Counted from the first letter of the stretch, positions 47,633 to 58,140 are shown. The stretch is 64,000 nucleotides of DNA from an uncultured Acidobacteriota bacterium (GCA_963697745.1 CAVOPD010000019.1:37163-101162); one strand, 5' to 3'. The notes: a model not told the origin generated them from the sequence alone. Made by a program: numbers and translations.

Positions 47633-47893
47633 GTTGTAGCTCCCTGGAAGTCGGTGCGTCACAGCACCGGTGTTGCTGCCAGGTAGAGCGAGCGGCGTGC
47701 CGTCTTCGTGCATCGTCAAAAGATCAATGTTTGCGCGGGTGGTCTGCGTGTGTGCGCGCAGCGGCGGTGTGCGGGTGCGCCACGAGCGCACACTGGAGCG
47801 CGCGCCTCCGCACGGCGGGCGGGTCAGGCAGTCGTGATGATGTGCGAGCGGCGAGAGAGACGGAGCAGAACGGCGAGCGACAGTGAAACCAGC

Positions 47894-48472
47894 TTAACGC
47901 ACCCGGTGATTGGCGAGCACGCCGGAGTCGCGCGACGTGTTGTCGATCTCGTACGCGTAGGCCTCGTCGTCATTCGATCGGCGCACCGAGATGAGATCGT
48001 CGGGCTGCCACTCGGCGACGCTGAAATGCGAGCGCGGTTCGATGTCCCAGCGCGAGCCGTCTTCGAGCGTCAGCGAGATGCCCCCAGGCGCGACCGTCTC
48101 TGATGTAGTGGCCGCTGCCCGGCGCGGAGTAGCTGCTGGAGTACTTCGCCTCCACGCGCGACGAGCCTCAACGCGTGCTCGACCTTCTCTGCGTCGAGCA
48201 CGTACAGCGTCTGGTTTTCGATGGCGTATTGCACGCTGGTGCCTGGTGTGGCCGTCAGTGTCTGCGCCGCGCCAGCCGCCGGCACGTCCGCCGTGAGCAG
48301 CTGCGTGGGCGGTCTCGATCGCCAGGAACTGCGCATCGGCGGTCGCTGCCCAGGTGCCGGTGTTCCACTGTCGCTCCGCGGCAGATGGCAGGGACGCACC
48401 GAGCAGCAGGGCGCAGATTGTGAGCGGCGAAACGCATGACAGCAGAGTATGCTGCACGTCAGTCGCGCGCAA
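47894..48472 (-). CDS. Hypothetical secreted protein, frameshifted
   Basis: MRATDVQHTLLSCVSPLTICALLLGASLPSAAERQWNTGTWAATADAQFLAIET / TATPGTSVQYAIENQTLYVLDAEKVEHAL / GGISLTLEDGSRWDIEPRSHFSVAEWQPDDLISVRRSNDDEAYAYEIDN. Confidence 0.4.
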   Translation of the reverse strand: MRATDVQHTLLSCVSPLTICALLLGASLPSAAERQWNTGTWAATADAQFLAIETAHAAAHGGRAGGWRGADTDGHTRHQRAIRHRKPDAVRARRREGRARVEARRAWRRSTPAATPRRAAATTSETVAPGGISLTLEDGSRWDIEPRSHFSVAEWQPDDLISVRRSNDDEAYAYEIDNTSRDSGVLANHRVR

Positions 48473-48524
48473 TCGTGCGCCGCCTCAGCCGCCACACGTT
48501 CTATCGCGCCAGGAGTTGCACTGC

Positions 48525-50017
48525 ATGGCCGCTGACCCGGCAATCCGAGCATCCATTCAGAAACTGCTCGAAGGGGTCCAGATCATCGGATTCGATTGGA
48601 CGTACCTGTACCTGAATGAAGCCGCGGAGCGGCACGCGCGCCGACACGCCGTCGAACTCGTGGGCCGGCGCATGATGGACTGCTACCCGGGGATCGACCA
48701 GACGCCGATGTTCAGCGCCCTGAAGCGTGTCATGCAGTCGCGGCGGGCCGAGCAGTTCCTGAGCGAGTTCGTTTACCCGGATGGGTCGCAGGGTTGGTTC
48801 GAGTTGATGATCGAGCCTGTCCCGGACGGCGTCTGCGTGCTCTCGCTGGATCTCGGCGACAAGCAGCGGGCTCAGTCGCGGCTGCGGCAGGCGCAGACTC
48901 TGGGAGCGGCGGAACGTCTGGGCGCCGCCAGTGCGCACGATTACAACGACGTGCTCACGGCGATTCTGGCGTTCTACGAGTGCGGGCCGGGCACCGATCT
49001 GGACGGTCGATCCTTCCGAGACCAGTCACCTCGCGGGCGACCGTGCAGAGCGTCTGACGACGCAACTGCTGGGTTCAGGCCCGCGGCAGGCGCCGGGCAT
49101 CGAAGTCGTGAACCTGAACGACGATCGTGCTGGACCTGCACTCCGTTGCTGGCGCGGCTGCTCGGCGACGAGATTCACCTCATTATCGACACGGCGGCGG
49201 ACCTGCGTCCTACCAGGGCCGATCCGGGCCAGGTCGAGCAGTTGCTCATGCATCTGGTCGTCAACGCTCGCGATGCGACGCCGCACGGCGGCACGATCAG
49301 AATCGCGACGTGCAACGTCACGCTCGATGCGGCTTTCGTGATGGCACACCCGGACGCCGTGCCCGGAGAGTACGTCGCACTCTCGATCGAGGATACGGGG
49401 CATGGCATTCCGCCGCAGATTCTCGAGCACGTCTTCGAACCGTTCTTCACCACGAAGGGCGCCGGGATAGGAACGGGACTCGGTCTCCCCACCGTTCACG
49501 GCATCGTCACCGAGAGCGGGGGCTACATCGGCGTTGACACTCACCCGGGTGCAGGTACGACCCTCACGCCTACCTGCCGGCGATCGACGCGCCGCTGACC
49601 GAGTCGGTTCCCCGCGCAGAGTCCGCACCGTCTCCGGGCTGGAGACCGTCCTGCTCGTGGAGGAGGATGAAGACGAGCGCGATTTCATCAGGCGGACAAT
49701 GGCCTCGCACGGCTACACCGTCCTCGAGGCGCGCGACGTCTGGGACGCGCTGACGATCGCTCGAAGCCGGACCTCGCCGATCGATCTGCTCGTGACGGCG
49801 GTCCTGCTGACGGACATGAACGGACCCGAACTGGCGCGGCACGTCATGGCCACGCACCCGGGGCTGCGCGTGCTTGTACATGTCAGGTTTCGCGGAGGCG
49901 TCGGTGATCGGCCCCTCGATCGTGAGCGCACGCGTATCGTTCCTGCCACGACCGTTCGGCCCCGGTGTCCTGCTGTCCAGCGTCCGAGACGTGCTCGACA
50001 GCAGCTCGCGGGATTAG
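48525..50017 (+). CDS. Hybrid sensor histidine kinase (PAS, HisKA/HATPase_c, C-terminal receiver), about 5 frameshifts
   Basis: AGGAG RBS. PAS: [43 protein letters not shown]...[30 protein letters not shown]-box: [13 protein letters not shown]. ATPase: [19 protein letters not shown]...[48 protein letters not shown]. Receiver: [36 protein letters not shown]...[22 protein letters not shown]. Confidence 0.82.
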
Positions 50018-50271
50018 CGACAGTCCGCGTCGCGCCGAAGTCCCACCGCCGTGACGCCAAGACAGGCTCTGACATTTGTGGAGCTCATCGCCGTGTAGCT
50101 CTACATAAATGTCCCTCCGTCCGAATCAGCCACTTCTGCTCGATCGCTCGATTTTCCCAACAATTGTGGCGGAACCCACGGATGTCCGCGGTGTGCACCC
50201 GGGTACGCCGGTTGCTGAGTTTGCCGTAGCGGTGTGAGTGCGATTGAGCAGAACACCGCTGTCGGAGCCGC

Positions 50272-51235
50272 ATGGACAAACACGAACTGCAAACGGTGAT
50301 CGAGGAACTGCACGATCGGTACGCGTCACTGGCCGACGGCCAGGTTGCGACCTACATCCCCGAACTGGCCAAAGCCGATCCCGCCGAGGTTCGGGATAGC
50401 CATGGTGTCCTCGGACGGGCAGGTGTTCGCGACCGGCGACAGCGACATGCCGTTCACCATTCAATCGATCAGCAAGCCGTTCACCTTCGGCCTCGCGATC
50501 GAAAGCTACGGCGCCGACCGGGTGTCGGAACATGTCGGCGTCGAGCCGAGCGGTGACGCGTTCAACGCCATCGAACTGCAGAACGGGACGAACCGGCCGT
50601 TCAATCCGATGGTCAACTCCGGCGCCATCACCGTGACCGCGCTGCTCCACGCGAAATATGGCGACGAAACCTTCGATGTCATTCACGATCGCCTGAGCCA
50701 GGCCGCCGGCCGGACGCTCATGGTGGATGAAGACGTGTTCGCGTCGGAACGGCGCACCGGACATCGCAATCGCGCCATCGCGCACCTGCTGTTGAATTTC
50801 GGCCTGGTCCACGACGAGGCCGAGGCGGCGCTCGACGTGTACTTCCGCCAGTGCGCGATCATGGTCACCTGCACCGATCTCGCCACGATGGGAGCCACCT
50901 TGTCGAACATGGGCCGCAATCCGAATACCGACGACATGGTGTTCGACCTCAAGTCGACACGCGCCATGCTGGCGATCATGTTCACCTGCGGCATGTACGA
51001 TTACTCGGGCGAGTGGGCCTATCGCGTCGGCGTGCCGGCGAAGAGCGGCGTCGCCGGCGGCGTGATGGCGGTGGTCAATCGCCAGCTCGGCATCGCGATC
51101 TATTCGCCGCCTCTCGATCAGCGCGGCAACAGCCGGCGGGGCATCGAGGTCTGCGTCGAACTCGCCTCGCGCTTCGGTCTGCACGCCTTCGACTGCCTCA
51201 ACGTGGGCTCGAGTTTCCTGAGCACGATGCTCTGA
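50272..51235 (+). CDS. glsA: Glutaminase A, one frameshift (about 50385)
   Basis: MDKHELQTVIEELHDRYASLADGQVATYIPELAKADPA / FGIAMVSSDGQVFATGDSDMPFTIQSISKPFTFGLAIE...VGVEPSGDAFNAI...NPMVNSGAI...YFRQCAIMVTCTDLATMGATLSN...MFTCGMYDYSGEWAYRVGVPAKSGVAGGVMAVV. Confidence 0.92.
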
Positions 51236-51336
51236 GGCGCGTTCCACTCAGAGGCACCTGGATCAAGGCACCGGACGCTCAGCGTCACCTCGCCTCGACA
51301 GTCCGCTGTGGATCCCCCGTTGCAGGACGAGCGCGC

Positions 51337-52152
51337 ATGAGAAGCCGCGCCCACATCCAGGGTCATCCGATCCACCCGATGCTCATTCCGTTTCCGTTTG
51401 CGTACCTGTTCGGCGCCGCGTGCATCGACACGGTGGCGTATGCGGCCGACAAGCCGCGCTGGTATCCGACGGCGCGGCACATGCGCGTGCTCGGGCTCGG
51501 CGCGGCAGTGGCGGCGGCGGTTCCAGGGCTGATCGACTACTTCCTCGCGGTCCCACCGGACAGCTCTGCCGCTCGGCGTGCCACCTATCACGGTGCGGCC
51601 AATCTGTCCGCAGTGGCCGTCCTTTCAGCGGTCGCAGCCGGGCGGCGCGATGACGATCAACCACGTCCATGGGAACTCACCGCCCAGCTCGGGGCTGCCG
51701 GCCTGATGGCGTTCGCCGGATGGCTCGGAGGCACGCTCGTCTACAGAAATCAGATCGGCGTGGATCACCGCTATGCCGACGCAGGAAAGTGGCAGGAGAA
51801 GGCGCTGCCTGCAGACGTCTCATCCCCGGACGTCTCGTCTTCGGAGGCATCGACGTCGGTGCATCCGACGACCTCGCGGTCGATCAGATGGCGCTGCTTC
51901 ATCTCGGCAATCGTCGCGTCGTGCTCGCACGGACCGAGGACGGCTTTGTGGCCTTCGACGATCGCTGCACGCACAAAGGAGGACCGCTTTCGGATGGCAC
52001 GCTCGCCTGCGGAACGGTGCAGTGTCCGTGGCACGGTTCGCAGTTCAACGTGAAGACCGGCCAGGTGCTGCACGGCCCGGCTGATGCGCCCGTGCAGGTG
52101 CACACGCGTGACCGAGCGAGATGGCCGCCTCTGGTTGAGGCTGGTCGATTGA
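51337..52152 (+). CDS. DUF2231-type membrane domain fused to a Rieske [2Fe-2S] domain, 2 frameshifts
   Basis: MRSRAHIQGHPIHPMLIPFPFAYLFGAACIDTVAY...GGTLVYRNQIGVDH (4-TM DUF2231 pattern), then LAVDQMALLHLGNRRVVLARTEDGFVAFDDRCTHKGGPLSDGTLACGTVQCPWHGSQFNVKTGQVLHGPA (CxH...CxxH Rieske ligands). The likely end is ..TERDGRLWLRLVD-stop (52150-52152). Confidence 0.7.
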
Positions 52153-52254
52153 TCAAGGCCTCGATGCGCCGTGATACGCTCACCAGTCCCTCGTCGGACT
52201 CGGACCCGATGTCACGTCGACCGACGAAAACCTCCCGGCGATCAGATCACGCGC

Positions 52255-53353
52255 ATGCTGAACAAGTACCTACTGGCCAGTGTCCTTTTCCTCAGCCCTC
52301 TCCCGGCGCTCGCCCAGGGGGGCGCCCCGACGCGCGTGGCGACGGAGACCACCCCTGAACAGGAAGCGATCATCCGCGCTGGCATCGACCTCCACGACAA
52401 GGGGCAGTTCGACCAGGCGATCGCGAAGTACCAGGAAGTGCTCGGCAAGAGCCCGTCGAACGTGACCGCGCTGTTCGAGATGGCCTACTCGTACCTGTCG
52501 AAGAAGGACTTCGACAAGAGCCTCGAGACTGCGCGCAAGGGCTCCGAGTTCAAGTCCGATCTGCTGCCGATGTTCTACGACGTCATGGCCTCGTCGCTCG
52601 ACGGGAAGGGACAGCCGCAGCAGGCGATCGAGATCTACAAGAAGGGCATCGCGCTCGTCCCCGACGCCTCGCAGCTGTACTACAACATGGCGGTCACCTA
52701 CCGCGAGAGCCTCGGCAGCCCCGACGATGCCCGGCTCGCACTGCAGAAGGCCGCGACGATTGAACCGATGCATCCGGGCGTGCAACTGCTGCTTGGCCAG
52801 GTCTACCAGTCCACCGGCTACACGACGCCGGCCTTTCTGGCGCTGTCCACATTCCTGGTGCTGGACGCAGGGGGCAACCAGGCGCTGCCCGGCTACGGGT
52901 TGTGGCGTGCGCTGCTGAAGGGCGGCGTGGACCCGATTCCGGATTCCGCGCCGTCCGGCCGCTGCCATGCGCGGAGCAGCCCCCAAGCGCGCCGCCAAGA
53001 CGGACCAGGGCGACTTCTCGGCCCTCGAGGCGCAGCTGGTGCCGACGCACACGGCCTTCATGCGGAAGCTCGATGCGGGCACACCGGAGATTCAGGCGCT
53101 GATTGCCCAGGTCGATCAACTGCTCGGCGCGCTGCCGGCGCAGCCTGCCGGGCCGGCGGCCAACTCGTTCGTCAACACGCACTACGTGCCGTTCTTCGTT
53201 GCGCTCAAACAGAAGAATTTCGTCGAGCCGTTCGTCTACTGGGCCAGCCAGCGCGCCCCGGTGCCTGGCGTCACGGACTGGCTCCGCGGCAACGAGCCGC
53301 GGCTCCGCGAGTTCCTCGAGTGGGCAGGCAAGTACTCCTGGCCGAAATCGTGA
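52255..53353 (+). CDS. Secreted TPR-repeat protein, one frameshift (about 52950)
   Basis: MLNKYLLASVLFLSPLPALAQG; GIDLHDKGQFDQAIAKYQEVLGKSPSNVTALFEMAYSYLSKKDFDKSLETARKG...AIEIYKKGIALVPDASQLYYNMAVTY. The C-terminal part is in ORF 52967..53353. Confidence 0.65.
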
Positions 53354-53374
53354 TCGTCTCCGGAGAAGATCGCG

Positions 53375-55318
53375 ATGCCTGCTGAACTGACGTCCACGCT
53401 CGAAGTCCGGGACCCGCTGCTCCAGTCCTACGCGGACGTCCTCACCGACGAGGTCCGCTCGGCGCTCGAGGCGCTTGCGCCGTTCGACAGCGACCGCCAC
53501 GCGCTCATGCAGGCACGGCTGGCGCGTCGCGCCGCGCGCTCCGCGGGGCGTCAGCCGATCGCCTTCCTCGACCCGTCCGCGACGATCGGCCGGACGGCGC
53601 TCAGCGTTCAGGATGCGCGCGCCGGCCGCTTCGAGGGGTCGGACATTCCGCACGATCTGCGGCGCCAGTGGATTCAGGGCACCGGACCTGGCGCGAAGCC
53701 TGGTGTCGGCATCGAGCGCAGCATCCGCAACGTGGCCTACGCGCTGCTGTCGGGTGCCGACGGGTGGATGTTCGACGGTGAGGACGCGCTCGGTCAGATC
53801 TCCACGATGGCGCTGGACAACCAGCGGAACCTGAAGCTGGCGATTCGACGCGACCCGTTGTTCCTGACCGCCGCGGAAGCGGTGGCGGCGGAGATGAACG
53901 CGTGGGCCGAGTCGTTCCTCGGACGCCGCATCATCGACAACTGGCGGGCGCAGCTCGACTTCACGACGGTGATCTTCCGCGCCCGGGGCCTGCATCTCGA
54001 CGACCGGCACATCCGCCGCACCGACGGCCACGGCTTCTCGGCATCGATCGTGGACGCCGCACTCTTCCTCGTCAACAATCAGGCGCGCCTGCGCGCGGAC
54101 GGACGGTCTCTGGTCCTGTACCTGCCAAAGATCCAGACAGCCGAGGAGGCCGCACTCTGGTGCGACATCCTGTCCGCGCTCGAGCGCCACCTGGGCCTCG
54201 CCATTGGCACCGTCAAGACCTACGTGCTGGTCGAACAGCTCGAGGCCTGCTTCCAGCTGATGGAGATCCGCGCCGCGCTCGGGCCGCACTTCGTCGGGTT
54301 CAACACGGGTCGCTGGGATTACATCAACAGCGTGGCCGATGCACTGTCGTGGAACTCCTCGCTGGTCAACCCCAACATCGACGCGGTCACCATGACGTAC
54401 GGCTACATGCGCGCGTACGAAGACCGGGTCAGGCGCGCCGTGAACACACCGGACTCGCTCGGCCACTTTGCACTGTGGCAGGGCGGCATGGAGCCGAACA
54501 TCCCTGTGGGCTCGGCCTCCGGCATCGAGAGCAGCATGCGACGCGCGGTGGCGGGCGCTGAACGCGAGCAGCGGGAAGGCGCCAGCGGCAAGTGGGTCGC
54601 GCACTGGAAGATGGTCCACATCGTCCGGCCGGTGTGGGAGAAGGTCGGGCAGGACAACCAGAGCGGCCGCGAGTTCCCGCCGCTGGAATACACGGACGCG
54701 GCAGCCGCGGCGCTCATGCAACTGGAGCCGGCCCCGCGCACCGTTCGCGGCGCGCGCGACCTGATCAGCGTGGCGATACAGTACGGCAACGCATTCGGGC
54801 AGGGCATGCAGGCGGCCGCGCTCAAGCCCGCCGACTTCTTCGGCAATGACGATGTGCTCTATCTGATGGAGGACATGGCGACCGGTGAGATCCGCCTGAG
54901 CATCCTGTGGGAGTGGCTGCACAAGGCGGCGCCGCTCACGGCGGGAGACGAAGCGACCGGGGTGCAGCCGGGTGATCTCTTCACGGGCGCGCTCTTCACG
55001 CGCCTGCTCGCCGAGGAGTACGAGAAGCTGCAACGCGCCGACAACCGGGACGTGCACGACGATTCGAAGGCGACGACGCTGCCGGTGGCGCGCGAAATCG
55101 TTGAAACCTACGTGCTCGACCCGGTGAAGCTGCCCTGGTACATCGACCTGTTGAACATCACGCTGGGCGTGCACGATCTCGAGGAAGCCAGACGGCGGAT
55201 CACGCTGCTGCGCACGACGTTTGAGAGTAGTGGACGGCGGATGACCGCGAACCTCGACTTCGACGATCCGGCGCTGCCGGCAGTTGCGGGCGCGGGCGCA
55301 CCGCCGGTCGTCTCGTGA
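53375..55318 (+). CDS. Malate synthase family protein (A-type motifs, atypically long at 647 aa), intact
   Basis: Uninterrupted ORF. IQGTGPGAKPGVGIERSIRNVAYALLSGADGWMFDGEDALGQ; LVLYLPKIQTAEEAALW; FNTGRWDYINS (compare GRWDYIFS of AceB); LMEDMATGEIRLSILWEWLHK. Confidence 0.72.
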   Translation: MPAELTSTLEVRDPLLQSYADVLTDEVRSALEALAPFDSDRHALMQARLARRAARSAGRQPIAFLDPSATIGRTALSVQDARAGRFEGSDIPHDLRRQWIQGTGPGAKPGVGIERSIRNVAYALLSGADGWMFDGEDALGQISTMALDNQRNLKLAIRRDPLFLTAAEAVAAEMNAWAESFLGRRIIDNWRAQLDFTTVIFRARGLHLDDRHIRRTDGHGFSASIVDAALFLVNNQARLRADGRSLVLYLPKIQTAEEAALWCDILSALERHLGLAIGTVKTYVLVEQLEACFQLMEIRAALGPHFVGFNTGRWDYINSVADALSWNSSLVNPNIDAVTMTYGYMRAYEDRVRRAVNTPDSLGHFALWQGGMEPNIPVGSASGIESSMRRAVAGAEREQREGASGKWVAHWKMVHIVRPVWEKVGQDNQSGREFPPLEYTDAAAAALMQLEPAPRTVRGARDLISVAIQYGNAFGQGMQAAALKPADFFGNDDVLYLMEDMATGEIRLSILWEWLHKAAPLTAGDEATGVQPGDLFTGALFTRLLAEEYEKLQRADNRDVHDDSKATTLPVAREIVETYVLDPVKLPWYIDLLNITLGVHDLEEARRRITLLRTTFESSGRRMTANLDFDDPALPAVAGAGAPPVVS

Positions 55319-55325
55319 CAGGCCG

Positions 55326-56905
55326 CTAGTTGCGCTTCTTCACGGCCTCGATCGCCTGGGCACGCCGGTCGCGCTGTTCGGACAGCATCGTGTAGGCGAG
55401 GTAGTACTTGTAGATGTTCGCCACGTACTGCACCGTCTCGCGTCCGATGGCTTCGGCGGCGACCACCTCGACGTTGTTGAACCAGACGTTCGGGTCCAGC
55501 CCCCGCTTTTCGGCGCGCAGCCGGAGGTCCCGGATTCGACCCGGCCCGGCGTTGTACGCCGCAAACGTGAACAGCCCCTTGTTCAGGCGGTCCATCGGCT
55601 CCTTCTCGAAGTACTGGTCCATCATGAACCGGACGTACTTCACCCCGGCGTGGACGTTGTTCTCCGGACTCCTGATGTCGCCGACCGCAAGTTCCTTTCC
55701 CGTCGCCGGCATGACCTGCATGATGCCGATGGCGCCGACCGGACTCTTGACCGAGTTATCGAGCCTCGATTCCTGATAGCCCTGCGCCGCCATCAACAGC
55801 GCGTCGAGCTTGTACTGGTCGCTGTACCTTGCGGAACAGCATCACCGTTTTTTCGAATTTGGCGCGCTCCTGCTGGGACGTCGCTTCGCGCACGTATTTC
55901 AGGTTCTTCAGATACTGCTGCAGCAGGACGTTGCGCTTCAGCGAGCCCTCTGGATATCGCGTCAGGAATGCATTGAGCTCGGTGAGGAGTTGCGGGCTGT
56001 TCTTGCGAACGAGCATCCCGGTTTCCATGCCGGTCCGCACCGCCGCACCGGTGTTCAACACGATCTTCGGAAACACCTGCTGCCAGAACTGCGCGAGGTA
56101 ATCGTCCACCAGCGTCATGGGGACCAGCCCGGCGTTCACCATCTCCAGGATGTCCTCATCGGCGAGCACTTCGGGGGCCGGCAGCACCTTGACCGGCGCC
56201 TTTCCGGCGGCCTTGAGCGTCGCGTTGAATTGGTCCACGCCCTGGATCGAGACATCCGACGCCCGGAGGTAGGCCTCTCGACCCGCCAGGTCGAGCGGCG
56301 TCGGTACCGGCGGCACGCCGGGCCCGCTGACGACGATTGACGAGACGTTCCTGCGGGTCGGAATGGTGAAGTCCACCTGCTCGCGCCGCCAGTCGGTGAG
56401 CAGGGTACCGGCGGCCACGACGTCGCCGCGGCCGGCGAGCAGCGCCGGGATGAGTTCGTCGTGCGCGACCGGGACGATCACCACGTGGACGCGGATGTTC
56501 CGGGTCTTGAGCTTCGTGTTCAGGTCGTCCTCGAAGAGCCGGAACGTGTCGTAGACCAGCCCCTTCTGCTCGGCCCGATCGACGAAATAGTTGATTTTCG
56601 AATAGGTGGTGAGCACGCGTACGAGCCGACGTTCGATCATTCCATCGAGGTCGCCGGTCCACTTCGTGGCGACCACGCGATTCACCGCGGTCCCATCGTC
56701 CGCATCAGCGGATGTGGCGGACACCGGCGTCGCGTCTGGCCTGGACGCGGCCGGCGTCGGCGGAAGAAGTCGCCGGCGAGGTTTCCGCGGGCGGCGTGTT
56801 GCCTCCTGCCGGCGCGGACGTTGAGCCCCCGCCGCACGCGACGCAGACGAGGAGCGACCATGCGGCGAAGACCAGGGGAAACCGACGGTGGACGTGCACG
56901 ATCAA
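55326..56905 (-). CDS. MltF-like lipoprotein: solute-binding (SBP_bac_3-like) domain plus soluble lytic transglycosylase (SLT) domain, 2 frameshifts
   Basis: MIVHVHRRFPLVFAAWSLLVCVACGG (lipobox) / WTGDLDGMIERRLVRVLTTYSKINYFVDRAEQKGLVYDTFRLFEDDLN...IPALLAGRGDVVAAGTLLTDWRREQVDFT / LMAAQGYQESRLDNSVKSPVGAIGIMQVMPATGKEL...NVHAGVKYVRFMMDQY...FTFAAYNAGPGRI. Confidence 0.82.
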
Positions 56906-56977
56906 TCAACTCCTTGAACAGCGCATTCGCAGCGTCGTGTCAACAAAGCCAGCGAGGCTGCTGGCGATTGTGACAGA

Positions 56978-57886
56978 TCACTGCTGCACGTGCTTGATGA
57001 ACGTGCCGGCGCGCAGTTCCGAAATCGCGCGCTGCAGTTCCTGCTGCGTGTTCATCACGATCGGGCCGTACCACGCCACCGGCTCTTCGAGCGGCCGACC
57101 GGACACCAGCAGGAATCGGATCCCATCGTCGCCAGCCTGCACGACGATCTCGTCGCCGCGATCGAACAGCACGAGCGAGTGGTTGTGGGCGTCGTAGCGC
57201 ACGTCGTCGCTGCCATCGGTCGCCTCGGTCCGGACCGCCTTCGGATCCGACGCGTCGCGAAACGTCCCCGACCCCGCGAACACGTAGGCAAAGGCATGAC
57301 GTGTGACTTCGACGATGATGCGGCGGCGCTTGCCGGGAGGAACGGAGATATCGAGGTAGCGCGGATCGGCGGCCACCCCTTCCACGGGCCCCTTCTGCCC
57401 CCAGAACTCACCGCAGATCACCCGCGCGCTGGTCCCGTCGTCTTCAGTGACCGTGGGGATGTCTTTGCCGGCGATGTCCTGATAGCGCGGATGCGTCATC
57501 TTGAGTGACGCCGGCAGGTTCGCCCAGAGCTGAAAGCCGTGCATGCGGCCGTTCGCGTCACCCTTCGGCATTTCCTGGTGCATGATGCCGCTGCCCGCGG
57601 TCATCCACTGGACGTCGCCGGCGCCGAGATTGCCGCGGTTGCCGAGGCTGTCGCCGTGTTCGACGGTACCGGCGAGCACGTAGGTGATTGTCTCGATGCC
57701 GCGGTGCGGATGCCACGGGAACCCGGCCTGATAGTCCGCCGGGCGCTCGTTGCGGAAGTCGTCGAACAGCAGGAAGGGGTCGAACTCGCTGGTTTCACCG
57801 AAGCCGAAGCCGCGCTTCAGTTTCACGCCCGCGCCTTCGAGTGTCGGTCGCGCTTCGATGATCTGCTTCACAGGGCGGATGGACAT
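56978..57886 (-). CDS. Pirin-family (bicupin) protein, intact
   Basis: MSIRPVKQIIEARPTLEGAGVKLKRGFGFGETSEFDPFLLFDDFRNERPADYQAGFPWHPHRGIETITYVLAGTVEHGDSLGNRGNLGAGDVQWMTAGSGIMHQEMP. Confidence 0.9.
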   Translation of the reverse strand: MSIRPVKQIIEARPTLEGAGVKLKRGFGFGETSEFDPFLLFDDFRNERPADYQAGFPWHPHRGIETITYVLAGTVEHGDSLGNRGNLGAGDVQWMTAGSGIMHQEMPKGDANGRMHGFQLWANLPASLKMTHPRYQDIAGKDIPTVTEDDGTSARVICGEFWGQKGPVEGVAADPRYLDISVPPGKRRRIIVEVTRHAFAYVFAGSGTFRDASDPKAVRTEATDGSDDVRYDAHNHSLVLFDRGDEIVVQAGDDGIRFLLVSGRPLEEPVAWYGPIVMNTQQELQRAISELRAGTFIKHVQQ

Positions 57887-57887
57887 A

Positions 57888-57905
57888 GGCAATTCTAGAA
57901 TTGCC
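57888..57905 (-). promoter_or_regulatory. Perfect 18-bp palindrome GGCAATTCTAGAATTGCC, 1 nt upstream of the pirin ATG. It is a candidate operator or 5'-UTR hairpin
   Basis: The sequence is self-complementary on direct reading. It sits in an AT-rich island (57887-57945) with further GCAAT/ATTGC copies (gccaattcgctaattgctaatggctgattgcgattgc). Confidence 0.5.
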
Positions 57906-57994
57906 AATTCGCTAATTGCTAATGGCTGATTGCGATTGCTGGTGGCCGATCGAGGCAAAGCTCAACCAGCGGTTCCGGGCGGCGAGGGACCAGT

Positions 57995-58080
57995 CGATGT
58001 CCATCGCCACCCGGCTATCGCGATCGCCTACCGCCCATCGCCCATCGCCTTATCGCGTCCATCGCCATCGCGCCATCCCA
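57995..58080. repeat. Degenerate tandem heptamer array, unit CCATCGC / CCCATCG
   Basis: cgatgtccatcgccacccggctatcgcgatcgcctaccgcccatcgcccatcgccttatcgcgtccatcgccatcgcgccatccc. Confidence 0.8.
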
Positions 58081-58103
58081 CGCGCCTGAGCACACTGTCT
58101 GTT

Positions 58104-58133
58104 CCCCGATCCCCGATCCCCGATCCCTGATCC
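58104..58133. repeat. Second copy of the CCC(C/T)GATC heptamer array (4 units)
   Basis: ccccgatccccgatccccgatccctgatcc, the same unit as 3008-3092. Confidence 0.85.
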
Positions 58134-58140
58134 GTGTCGC

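Noticed and set aside
50017-50271. Glutamine riboswitch or other leader upstream of glsA.
   Set aside because: I found no match to the glnA-RNA core that I could recognise, only weak local hairpins.
52694-55174. Very long antisense ORFs. Examples are the 826-aa ORF opposite malate synthase, 910..1977 (-), 3645..4799 (+), 42943..44376 (+) and 28181..30130 (-) in part.
   Set aside because: Their translations are Arg/Ala/Pro/Gly-rich low-complexity strings with no recognisable motifs. They lie opposite clearly conserved genes. Stop-free antisense frames are expected at this GC content.
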